This document shows positions 1 through 8,733 of a stretch of 64,000 nucleotides of DNA, one piece after another. The notes beneath the pieces are model-generated. The model was not told the origin of the DNA. It was given only the letters and a program-made list of their open reading frames with translations, and did not search any database. This stretch comes from an uncultured Acidobacteriota bacterium (GTDB taxonomy: Bacteria > Acidobacteriota > Thermoanaerobaculia > UBA5066). The translations under genes and the position numbers were made by a program. The stretch lies in NCBI GenBank assembly GCA_963779415.1, contig CAVZYA010000002.1, forward strand, positions 1,344,001 to 1,408,000, given 5' to 3'. The first letter of the stretch is position 1, and each line of letters opens with the position of its first letter.

Positions 1-382
1 CGTCACCGAGGGACTTCTCGTCTATCTGACGACGGAGCAGGTGACGACTCTCGGCCGCAGGATCCACTCGGAGCCCGCCATCCGATGGTGGCTGATCGAC
101 CTGGGGAGCCCGCTCCTCCTGAAGATGTTGAGCAAGAACTGGCAGCCGCACCTCGCCGCGGCAGGCGCCCCGATGCAGTTCGCCCCCGCCGAGGGGACGG
201 CCTTCTTCGCGCCCCTCGGCTGGGGCGAGGCCGAGTTCCGGTCGACCTGGGACGAGTCGCTCCGGCTGGGGCGGACCGTTCCGCTCGCGGGCCTCTGGAA
301 CCTGCTCGGAAAGCTCCGGTCCAGGAAGGTTCGCGACGCGTACCACCGGATGTCCGGGATCGTTCTCCTCGAACGATCGTAG
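1..382 (+). CDS. Class I SAM-dependent methyltransferase (LCM/O-methyltransferase type), 5'-truncated by the window
   Basis: Frame open from base 2: VTEGLLVYL, matching the EGLLxYL motif of LCM-type methyltransferases; stop TAG at 380-382. Confidence 0.7.
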   Translation, partial: VTEGLLVYLTTEQVTTLGRRIHSEPAIRWWLIDLGSPLLLKMLSKNWQPHLAAAGAPMQFAPAEGTAFFAPLGWGEAEFRSTWDESLRLGRTVPLAGLWNLLGKLRSRKVRDAYHRMSGIVLLERS

Positions 383-391
383 ACTCGCGGC

Positions 392-1057
392 GTGGTTCTC
401 GGTCTCGTTCTCGCCCTTCTCGCCGCGCCGGAAGGGACGGGGCCCTCGACGGCTCCGGCCTCCGCCGACGAGGTGGCGGTGTGGCTCGCGGGAACGTACG
501 ACACGCGGGATCAGGCCGCCCGCGACGCCGAGGTTCCCGCGCTCCGGATGCTGATCGTGGCGGTGCCGAAGAGCCGCCTCTCCTTCGGGGCGCCCGTCCT
601 CTATCTGGAGGAAGCGCCGGCCGCGAGGCCGGACCGCCCGTCGCTCCAGCGCTTTCTCCGGGTCGAGACGGACGCGGCGGGGGCGATCGTCCTTCGGAGG
701 TTCGATCTGAAGGACGGCTCCGCCGCGGCGGGGAAGTGGCGGACGCCGGCGGACCTCGCTCTCTTCGGCCGGAACGACGTCCGCGAGCGGGCCTCCTGTG
801 CCGTCACCCTGAAGAAGACCGCCGATCACTACGAAGGGAGCGCCGCAGCCGTGGAGTGCGTCCCCGCGCTGCTCGGAGTGATGCGGGCCACGTCGGAGAT
901 GAGGATCTTCCCGGACCGCGTCGAGACGTGGGACCGGGGCTTCGGGGCGAAGAGCGTCCAGCTCTACGGGCCGATGCTGGAGCCGTACCGCTTCAGGAAA
1001 CGGTCGGCCGTCGCGCCGGAAGAGCTGCCGACGGCCCTCCCGGAGCCGGACCGGTGA
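392..1057 (+). CDS. CpcT/CpeT (T-type bilin lyase)-like protein with signal peptide
   Basis: WLAGTYDTRDQA...LYLEEA...RPSLQRF...TWDRGF...YGP..PYRF resembles the CpcT/CpeT pattern; hydrophobic N-terminus; stop overlaps proB start. Confidence 0.65.
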   Translation: MVLGLVLALLAAPEGTGPSTAPASADEVAVWLAGTYDTRDQAARDAEVPALRMLIVAVPKSRLSFGAPVLYLEEAPAARPDRPSLQRFLRVETDAAGAIVLRRFDLKDGSAAAGKWRTPADLALFGRNDVRERASCAVTLKKTADHYEGSAAAVECVPALLGVMRATSEMRIFPDRVETWDRGFGAKSVQLYGPMLEPYRFRKRSAVAPEELPTALPEPDR

Positions 1058-1902
1058 ACGCCGTCCGCCTCGCGGCCCGGAAGAGGCTCGCTGCTGCCCG
1101 GCGGATCGTCGTGAAGGCGGGGACGAACGTCGTCATGCGCGAGGAAGGGGGCGTCGCGCTCGGCCGCCTCTTCGGTCTCATCGAGTCGGTCGCCGCCCTC
1201 CGGAAGCAGGGACGCGACGTCCTGATCGTCTCCTCGGGCGCCATCGGCCTCGGCGTCCAGCGCCTCCGTCTCAAGAGCCGTCCGGCCGAGCTTTCGCTCA
1301 AGCAGGCGTGCGCGGCCGTGGGGCAGTGCCGGCTGATGGCCGTCTACGAGGAGGGCTTCGGCGCTCTCGACGTCCCGACGGCGCAGGTTCTCCTGACGGA
1401 GGACGACTTCGCCGACCCCGAGCGCTTCCGGAACCTCTCGGCGACGCTCGGCCGGCTCTTTGCGCTCGGCGTCGTCCCGATCCTGAACGAGAACGACGTT
1501 GTCTCGACGGCGGAGCTGGAGACGCCGGGCGCGGCGCGCCGGAGGATCTTCGGAGACAACGACCGGCTCTCCGCCCTCGTCATGGGGCACGTCGAGGCCG
1601 ACGCGCTCGTCATCCTCTCCGACGTGGACGGCCTCTTCACCGCTCCTCCGGCGCACGACCGGCGGGCCCGGCTGATTCCGCTCGTGACGGGCGTGACCGG
1701 CCGGATCGCCCGGTATGCGAAGGGGGCGGGAAGCCGGGGACGGGGCGGGATGGAGACGAAGCTCGAAGCGGCGCGCCTCGCGAACGAGGCGGGCGGGCTC
1801 GCCGTCATCGCGAACGGAAAGGCGCCGCACGTCCTCGACCGGCTCTTCGCGGGGGAGGAGATCGGAACGCTCTTTGTCCCGCCCCGCCGGAGACGTCCGT
1901 GA
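1054..1902 (+). CDS. proB: Glutamate 5-kinase (no PUA domain)
   Basis: RIVVKAG, VSSGAI, ILNEND, FGDNDRLSA, LSDVDGL, GRGGMETKL motifs; GTG start overlaps upstream TGA. Confidence 0.95.
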   Translation: MNAVRLAARKRLAAARRIVVKAGTNVVMREEGGVALGRLFGLIESVAALRKQGRDVLIVSSGAIGLGVQRLRLKSRPAELSLKQACAAVGQCRLMAVYEEGFGALDVPTAQVLLTEDDFADPERFRNLSATLGRLFALGVVPILNENDVVSTAELETPGAARRRIFGDNDRLSALVMGHVEADALVILSDVDGLFTAPPAHDRRARLIPLVTGVTGRIARYAKGAGSRGRGGMETKLEAARLANEAGGLAVIANGKAPHVLDRLFAGEEIGTLFVPPRRRRP

Positions 1903-3227
1903 GCACGCGGGAGGGGATCGGCGCGCGCGCCGCGGCGGCGAAGGCGGCTTCCCGGACGCTCGCCACCCTCCCGTCGGAGACGAAGAGCCGGGCGCTTCGG
2001 GCCGCCGCGGGACGGATCGAGTCGGAATCGGCGGCGATCCTCGATGCGAACGGGGCGGATGTCGCAGAGGCGCGGGCAGCCGTCGCGGAAGGGACGCTCG
2101 CACCGCCGCTTCTCGACCGGCTCGTCCTCGACGCGGGGAAGGTCCGGGCGATGGCGAACGGCGTCCGCGCCGTCGCGGCCCTCCCGGATCCTTCGGGGAG
2201 GATCTTTTCGAGGACGCTTCTCGATGACGGCCTCGTTCTGGAGAAAGTCTCCTGTCCCCTCGGCGTCGTCGCGGTCGTCTTCGAGTCCCGCCCCGATGCG
2301 GTGCCGCAGATCGGCGCGCTCGCTCTGAAGTCCGGCAACGCCGCGCTCCTGAAAGGGGGACGCGAGTCGGCCCGCTCGGCCTCGGCGATCCTCTCGGCGA
2401 TCCAGGGCGGTCTCGCGGAGGTCCCGGAGATTCCCGCCGACGCGCTCCAGCTCCTCTCCACCCGCGACGAGGTGGATGGGCTCCTCTCGCTCGACTCGGA
2501 GATCGACCTCGTCATCCCGCGCGGCGGAGCCGACCTCGTCGCGTACGTCCGCAGCCACACCCGGATCCCGGTCCTCGGCCACGCGGAGGGGGTCTGCCAC
2601 GTCTACATCGACCTTTCGGCGGACCCGGGGAAAGCGATCGCGATCGTCGTCGACGCCAAGACGACCTATCCGGCAGCCTGCAATGCCGCCGAGACGCTCC
2701 TCCTTCACCGCGATGCGGCGGCGCGGCTCCTTCGCCCTCTCGTGGCGGCGCTCCGAGGAAAGGGTGTCGAGATCCGCGCGTGCGAGGCGACGCGGGCTAT
2801 CGCTCCCGACCTCGGCCTCGTGCCGGCCGCGGAAGACGACTTCGGGCGCGAGTTCGGAGCGCTCGTTCTCGCCGTGAAGATGGTCGGAAGCCTCGGCGAG
2901 GCGATCGACCATGTCAACCGCTTCGGGTCGAAGCACACGGACGCCATCGTCACGGAGGACCGCGCCGCGGCGGAGCGGTTCCTCGCCGAGGTCGACGCCG
3001 CAAATGTCTTCGCGAACGCCTCGACGCGCTTCGCCGACGGCTTCCGTTACGGCTTCGGGGCCGAAGTGGGGGTCTCCACGAGCAAGCTCCACGCGCGGGG
3101 GCCGGTCGGTCTCGAGGGGCTCGTCACGTACAAGTACCGCCTCTTCGGCGAGGGACACGTGGTGGCGACGTACACGGGGGAGAACGCCCGGCCCTTCCGC
3201 CACGTGCGGCTCGACCCCGGCGACTGA
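1899..3227 (+). CDS. proA: Gamma-glutamyl phosphate reductase
   Basis: PLGVVAVVFESRP, LVIPRGG, ACNAAETLL, NASTRFADG, KLHARGPVGL; GTGA coupling to proB. Confidence 0.95.
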   Translation: MSTREGIGARAAAAKAASRTLATLPSETKSRALRAAAGRIESESAAILDANGADVAEARAAVAEGTLAPPLLDRLVLDAGKVRAMANGVRAVAALPDPSGRIFSRTLLDDGLVLEKVSCPLGVVAVVFESRPDAVPQIGALALKSGNAALLKGGRESARSASAILSAIQGGLAEVPEIPADALQLLSTRDEVDGLLSLDSEIDLVIPRGGADLVAYVRSHTRIPVLGHAEGVCHVYIDLSADPGKAIAIVVDAKTTYPAACNAAETLLLHRDAAARLLRPLVAALRGKGVEIRACEATRAIAPDLGLVPAAEDDFGREFGALVLAVKMVGSLGEAIDHVNRFGSKHTDAIVTEDRAAAERFLAEVDAANVFANASTRFADGFRYGFGAEVGVSTSKLHARGPVGLEGLVTYKYRLFGEGHVVATYTGENARPFRHVRLDPGD

Positions 3228-3282
3228 GCGTGCGCGCCCTCCTTCAGAACATTCGGCCTGCGAAAACGTATTCTCGGGTGCC

Positions 3283-6200
3283 ATGAAGAGAGCGCACGCT
3301 GCTTTTCTGTCCCTCCTGGCCCTTCTTCTCACCCTTCCCGCCGCCGCCGCTCCCGCGGAAGCCCCTGCCGAAGCGAGGCTTCTCCGCTTTCCCGACATCC
3401 ACGGCGACACGGTCGTCTTCTCGCACGCCGGGGACCTCTGGTCGGTCCCGGCTTCGGGAGGGATGGCCCGGCGCCTCACCTCGGGGGACGGGCTGGAGCT
3501 CTTTCCGCGCTTCTCGCCCGACGGGAAGTGGATCGCCTTCACCGGCCAGTACGACGGCTCCCTCGACGTCTACGTGATGCCCTCCGAAGGGGGCGAGCCC
3601 CGCCGTCTGACCTGGTATCCCTCCGAGGTCAACAACGACCGGATGGGCTTCGACGACATGGTCCTCGGCTGGACGCCGGACGGGAAGATCCTCTTCCGCG
3701 GACAGCGCGGCCCGCTCCGCGGGTTCATCGGCGAGCCTTATGTCGTGAGCCCGGAGGGAGGCCCCGTCGAGCGCTTTCCTCTTCCCGAATCGGGCGCCAT
3801 CTCCTTCTCGCCCGACGGGACGAGGATCGCCTACACGCGCATCTTCCGCGACTTCCGGTCGTGGAAGCGGTATCAGGGCGGCATGGCGCAGGACGTCTGG
3901 CTCTACGACCTCGGGTCGAGATCGATCGAGCGGATCACGGACTGGCCGGGGACCGACACGCAGCCGATGTGGATCGGAAACGCCATCTACTTCCTCTCGG
4001 ACCGCGAGAACTGGAAGCTGAACCTCTGGAAGTACGACCTCCCGGCGAAGACGACGACACGCGTCACGAACTTCACCGAGTACGACGTGAAGTGGCCGCA
4101 CGCGGGCTCCGGGAAGATCGTCTTCGAGAACGGAGGATTCCTCTACGTTCTCGATCCCGCGACCGGCGCCTCCACGAAGCTGAGCGTCTTACTCCCGGAC
4201 GACCGGAAGCTCGCGCGCCCCCGCTGGGTCAAGGTGGAGGACCGGATCACGAGCGTCTCGCTGGCGCCGGGAGGCCTTCGCGCCGCCGTCACCGCGCGGG
4301 GCGACGTCTTCACGGTCCCGGCCGAGAACGGGACGACCCGTAACGTGACACGGACGGAAGGAGTCCGCGAGAAGGACGCCGTCTGGTCGCCCGACGGCAA
4401 GTGGATCGCCGTCATCTCCGACGCGACGGGCGAGGAGGAGCTCCAGATCGTCCCGGAGGACGGGAAGGGGGCGCCGACGGCGCTCACTTCCGGCTCCTCG
4501 TCCTGGTCGTTCCCCCCCGTCTGGTCTCCCGACTCGAAGAAGCTCGCCTTCGCCGACCGGGCCATGCATCTCTGGGTCGTGGACGCCGCGACGAAGGAGA
4601 AGGCTCTCGTCGACACGGCGAAGATCTGGGAGATCTCCCAGTACTCCTTCGCGCCCGACTCCCGGTGGCTCGCCTACCGCAAACAGGTCGACACGGACTT
4701 CGGCGCGATCTTCCTCTGGGACGCCGGGACGAAGACGTCCACGCAGGTCACGCCGTCCGTCGTCGAGTCCGGTGACCCGGTCTTCGATCCCGAGGGGGAG
4801 TACCTCTGGTTCCTCTCGGATCGGGACATCGCCCCGACCCTCGGCGAGTTCGACACGGCCTTCACCGTGAACCGGACCACCCGCCCGTACGCCCTCCTTC
4901 TCAAGAGCGATGGCGTCTCCCCCTTCGCCCCGAAGAGCGACGAGGCAAAGAAGCCCGACCCGGCCGGTGAGACGAAAGAGGGGAAAGAGGGGGCGAAGAA
5001 GGACGAGAAGAAGCCCCCCTTCCGGATCGACCTCGCCGGTCTCGCCGACCGTGTTGTCGCGTTCCCGGTGCCGCCCGGCGACTACGGACGCCTGACCGCG
5101 GCGAAGGGGAAGCTCTTCTGGCTCTCCTTCCCCCCGGAGCCACTGACCGAGTCGGAGGGCCCGCCGGCGGCGACGCTTCAGATGTTCGATCTCGAGAAGC
5201 GGAAGGCGAGCGACCTGCTTTCGAATGTGAACGGCTACGCGCTGGCCCCCGACGGCAGCCGTCTCGCAATCCGGAGCGGGAAGACGTGGGCCATCGTCGA
5301 GCCGAAGGAAGGGTTGAAGCCGGGAGACGGGAAGCTCGATCTCTCGGGCCTCGCGATGGAGCTCGACCCGGCCAAGGAGTGGGTGCAGATCTTCCGCGAG
5401 ACGTGGCGCCTCTACCGGGACTTCTTCTACCTCCCCGACATGGGAAAGATCGACTGGACGGCGATCCGGAAACGATACGAACCGCTCGTCGCCCATGTCT
5501 CGCACCGGATCGACCTGAACTACGTTCTCGCCGAGATGGCGGCGGAGCTCGGGTCGGGGCACGCCTACGTCGGAGGAGGCGACTACCCGAAGCCGGAGCG
5601 GATGCCGGTCGGGACGCTCGGAGCCGATCTCGTTCTCGACGAGAAGTCGGGACGCTGGAAGATCGCGCGAATTCTCGAGGGGCAGAACTGGATCGACTCG
5701 CGCCGTTCGCCTCTCACGGAGCCGGGCGTGAAGGTGTCGGTCGGCGACTATCTCCTCGCCGTCGACGGCCACGAGCTGACGTCCAAGGACGAGCCGTACC
5801 GCCTCCTCGCGGGAACGGTCGGCCCGACGGGGGAGAAGCCGGTCGCCGCGGGAGGCGGCAGGACGGTCACTCTCCTCGTGAACAGCAGGCCCGCGAAAGA
5901 GGGGGCGCACGAGATCGTCGTCCGCCCGATCGCGAGCGAGGAGGACCTCCGGTACTTCACCTGGGTGGAGGAGAACCGGCGGAAGGTGGAAAAGGAGACG
6001 AATGGCCGCGTCGGTTACATCCACATTCCCGACATGGGCGCCGACGGGCTGACGGAGTTCATCCGGCAGTACTACCCGCAGCTCCGGAAGGAGGGGCTGA
6101 TCGTGGATGTCCGCGCCAACGGGGGCGGATTCGTCTCGCAGATCATCCTGGAGCGCCTCCGGCGCCGCGTGGAGGGGATGGAGGTCGCCCGAAACGCGCG

Positions 6201-6627
6201 CCCCGGTCCGTACCCCAATGCGTCCTTCAACGGACCGATGGTGGCGCTCATCAACGAGTATTCGGCCTCCGACGGCGACATCTTCCCGTACTACTTCCGG
6301 AAATACGGCCTCGGGCCTCTCATCGGCAAGCGGACATGGGGCGGCGTCGTCGGAATCCGGGGCCTCGGCGGCGGGATGGTGGACGGCGGCTACACCTTCG
6401 TCCCGGAGTTCGCGACCTACAGCCTGAAGAGCGAGTGGGTCATAGAGAACGAAGGGGTCCGGCCCGACATCGAGGTGGACAACCTTCCGGCCGACGAGAT
6501 GGCCGGGAAGGACGCGCAGCTTTCGCGCGGCATCGAGGAGATCCTGAAGCGGATCAAGGAGCACCCGCCCGTCTGGCCGCCCGAGCCGAAGCCCCGCGAC
6601 CTCGCGAACCCGGTGCCGAGGAAGTAG
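3283..6627 (+). CDS. Tricorn protease (S41 family; beta-propellers + PDZ), secreted
   Basis: Signal peptide; LLRFPDIHGD, repeated WSPDG propeller motifs, GYIHIPDM, DVRANGGG, SASDGDIF, RTWGG. Confidence 0.93.
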   Translation: MKRAHAAFLSLLALLLTLPAAAAPAEAPAEARLLRFPDIHGDTVVFSHAGDLWSVPASGGMARRLTSGDGLELFPRFSPDGKWIAFTGQYDGSLDVYVMPSEGGEPRRLTWYPSEVNNDRMGFDDMVLGWTPDGKILFRGQRGPLRGFIGEPYVVSPEGGPVERFPLPESGAISFSPDGTRIAYTRIFRDFRSWKRYQGGMAQDVWLYDLGSRSIERITDWPGTDTQPMWIGNAIYFLSDRENWKLNLWKYDLPAKTTTRVTNFTEYDVKWPHAGSGKIVFENGGFLYVLDPATGASTKLSVLLPDDRKLARPRWVKVEDRITSVSLAPGGLRAAVTARGDVFTVPAENGTTRNVTRTEGVREKDAVWSPDGKWIAVISDATGEEELQIVPEDGKGAPTALTSGSSSWSFPPVWSPDSKKLAFADRAMHLWVVDAATKEKALVDTAKIWEISQYSFAPDSRWLAYRKQVDTDFGAIFLWDAGTKTSTQVTPSVVESGDPVFDPEGEYLWFLSDRDIAPTLGEFDTAFTVNRTTRPYALLLKSDGVSPFAPKSDEAKKPDPAGETKEGKEGAKKDEKKPPFRIDLAGLADRVVAFPVPPGDYGRLTAAKGKLFWLSFPPEPLTESEGPPAATLQMFDLEKRKASDLLSNVNGYALAPDGSRLAIRSGKTWAIVEPKEGLKPGDGKLDLSGLAMELDPAKEWVQIFRETWRLYRDFFYLPDMGKIDWTAIRKRYEPLVAHVSHRIDLNYVLAEMAAELGSGHAYVGGGDYPKPERMPVGTLGADLVLDEKSGRWKIARILEGQNWIDSRRSPLTEPGVKVSVGDYLLAVDGHELTSKDEPYRLLAGTVGPTGEKPVAAGGGRTVTLLVNSRPAKEGAHEIVVRPIASEEDLRYFTWVEENRRKVEKETNGRVGYIHIPDMGADGLTEFIRQYYPQLRKEGLIVDVRANGGGFVSQIILERLRRRVEGMEVARNARPGPYPNASFNGPMVALINEYSASDGDIFPYYFRKYGLGPLIGKRTWGGVVGIRGLGGGMVDGGYTFVPEFATYSLKSEWVIENEGVRPDIEVDNLPADEMAGKDAQLSRGIEEILKRIKEHPPVWPPEPKPRDLANPVPRK

Positions 6628-6670
6628 GACGTCGGCCCGGATCCGGGGGCCCAAAGGGAACGAGGGGCCT

Positions 6671-6754
6671 CTATAATAGAAAATAGGGACCTGACCCCGA
6701 TCTGGTTGCTATAATAGAAGATAGAGACCTGACCCTATTTGCCGCTATTTGCCG
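6671..6754. repeat. Two 28-bp direct repeats (6671-6698, 6709-6736) ending in ACCTGACCC, followed by a 10-bp tandem duplication CTATTTGCCG x2 (6735-6754)
   Basis: CTATAATAGAAAATAGGGACCTGACCCC vs CTATAATAGAAGATAGAGACCTGACCCT (3 mismatches); AT-rich, between convergent genes. Confidence 0.85.
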
Positions 6755-7227
6755 TCGTTGTCCAGTCTCAGCTTCATCTCCAGGAAGGTCTCATGGTTCT
6801 CGTCATTCATCGTGAGGACATGCCTGCGCTGAAAACCGAACTTCTCGTACAGCCCGATCGCTCCTGTCTTCACGATCTCCACGTCGAGCTCGACCTCGGA
6901 GACCTTCATTTTCCGGAGATGGTCCAGGAGAGCCGCGATCAGGCGTGTGGCGACGCCCTCGCCCCGATGGTCCGGATGGACGGCGATTCTCATGATGACC
7001 GCGCGCTTTGCCAGGGCGCAACCGCACGCGCTCAGAAAACCGACGACCTCCTTTTCCTCGAGAACGAGGAAGAGCTCATCCAGGGCCGATCGAAACGAAG
7101 CGAGATCCCATCGATTCTCGAACGAGAGACTCTCGATCTCGAGGATCCGGCCCAGGTCGCTTTCCGTGGCCCGGCGGATCAAGCCGGAGTCGGACGGACC
7201 GATGGCCATCGGAATACCTTCCTTCAA
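6745..7227 (-). CDS. GNAT family N-acetyltransferase (RimI-like)
   Basis: IRRATESDL, IAVHPDHRGEGVA (motif A), AIGLYEKFGF; start could be 7209. Confidence 0.88.
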   Translation of the reverse strand: MKEGIPMAIGPSDSGLIRRATESDLGRILEIESLSFENRWDLASFRSALDELFLVLEEKEVVGFLSACGCALAKRAVIMRIAVHPDHRGEGVATRLIAALLDHLRKMKVSEVELDVEIVKTGAIGLYEKFGFQRRHVLTMNDENHETFLEMKLRLDNDGK

Positions 7228-8645
7228 CCCCCCGCGCCGGCATCACTCTTCCGCCGCGGGCCGCCTCGCCGCCGCCGCCGCCTGTGGCCGGCAGGCGAGG
7301 ACGCCTCCGGCGGCAGGACGAGGAGTCCCTCGTGGGAGGCCCGGAGGAGGGCCGGCGGGGGGACGAGCGCCTCGGGGAACGGCGCCGGAGTCGCGAGGCG
7401 GGTCCGGCTCGTCTCCTCGGGATGGGCTCCCGCGCGGTCGAGGACGTCCTGCCACGCGGCCGCGGCCTCGTGGTAGCGCCCGGAGGCCCGGGAATGGAGG
7501 GAGAGGAGCGCGAGGGCGTGCGGGAACCAGGATCGCGAAACGATTCGGCGCGCCGCCGGATGGTCCGGCCGCGTCGAGGTGAGCGCCCCGAGCGTGTAGA
7601 GCGACTGCTTGACGAGGTGCGTCGCGAGGTTCGGGAGCGACATCCGGAGCGCGAGCGGGTTCACGACGGCGTCGAGGACGAGGAGGATCTGCGAGGCGTC
7701 GACCCCTTTGCCGGCGCCGCGCGCGCGGATCGCCGAGAGGACGAGCGGAAGGAAGAGGACGCCGAGAAGGACGGCGTCCTTGTGCTTCTCGCCCTTCTCG
7801 CGCCGGGCGTCGAGATCGTGGAGCATCTTCCAGAAAAGCGCGGCGAACGGCGCCTCGGCGCCGTGGGGAGAGACGGCGTCGGAGAGTTCGGGCAGGACGA
7901 CGCCGAGGAGCCCGGTCTCGTTCCAGAGGCGGAACGTGTCGTGCCCCCACCCGCGCCGGAGCGGGTCGAGAAGCTCCTCCGTCACGCGCGGCGGGGCGCT
8001 CTTTCGCAGTTCCGTCTTCAGCTCCCCGATCGCGTCGAGAAGGGGCGTGTCCATCCGGAACTTCAGCCGCGCCGCGAACTCGCAGGCCCGGAGCATCCGG
8101 ACCGGGTCCTCCCGGAAACGGACGAGCGGGTCGCCGATCGTCCGGATGAGTCGCTGCTCGAGGTCCTCCACCCCCCCGACGTAGTCGAGGACGGCATACG
8201 TCGCGATGTCGTAGAAGAGACCGTTGACCGTGAAGTCGCGGCGCTCGGCGTCCTGCTCCGGCGTGCCGAAGACGTTGTCGGAGCGGATCAGGAGGTCGGC
8301 TTCGCCCTCGGCTCCCGGCTCGGCGTCCTCGCGCTCGGGCGTGCGCCGGAAGGTGGAGACCTCGACGACCTTTCCCCCTTCGAACAGGATGTGCGCGAGC
8401 CGGAACCGGCGTCCGATGATCCGGGAGTTGCGGAAGAGCCGGCGGATCTCCTGCGGGCGGGCGTCGGTCCCGATGTCGAAATCCTTCGGGGTCCGTCCCG
8501 TCATCAGGTCGCGGACGGAGCCTCCGACGAGGTACGCCTTGAAACCCGCGCGGTGCAGGCGGTAGAGGACGCGCAGCGCGTCCGGATCGATGTAGCCGCG
8601 CGAGATGGGGTGCTCGGCGCGAGGGAGGATCCGGGGAATGGTCAT
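7224..8645 (-). CDS. pcnB: Poly(A) polymerase I
   Basis: AYLVGGSVRD, KDFDIGT, IIGRRFRLAHI (PAP I signature), RRDFTVN, EDPVRMLRA; basic C-terminal tail; start may be a few codons upstream. Confidence 0.92.
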   Translation of the reverse strand: MTIPRILPRAEHPISRGYIDPDALRVLYRLHRAGFKAYLVGGSVRDLMTGRTPKDFDIGTDARPQEIRRLFRNSRIIGRRFRLAHILFEGGKVVEVSTFRRTPEREDAEPGAEGEADLLIRSDNVFGTPEQDAERRDFTVNGLFYDIATYAVLDYVGGVEDLEQRLIRTIGDPLVRFREDPVRMLRACEFAARLKFRMDTPLLDAIGELKTELRKSAPPRVTEELLDPLRRGWGHDTFRLWNETGLLGVVLPELSDAVSPHGAEAPFAALFWKMLHDLDARREKGEKHKDAVLLGVLFLPLVLSAIRARGAGKGVDASQILLVLDAVVNPLALRMSLPNLATHLVKQSLYTLGALTSTRPDHPAARRIVSRSWFPHALALLSLHSRASGRYHEAAAAWQDVLDRAGAHPEETSRTRLATPAPFPEALVPPPALLRASHEGLLVLPPEASSPAGHRRRRRRGGPRRKSDAGAGG

Positions 8646-8733
8646 CCCGGAGGGTGCCCGAGACACATCGGTGGAATTGTAGCCGACGTCACCCAAGCGC
8701 ATCCGGGCCGGCAGCCGTAAACTGCCGCTGCCA

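Noticed and set aside
6671-6736. Mini-CRISPR array
   Set aside because: Only two repeats, a 10-nt spacer, and no cas genes
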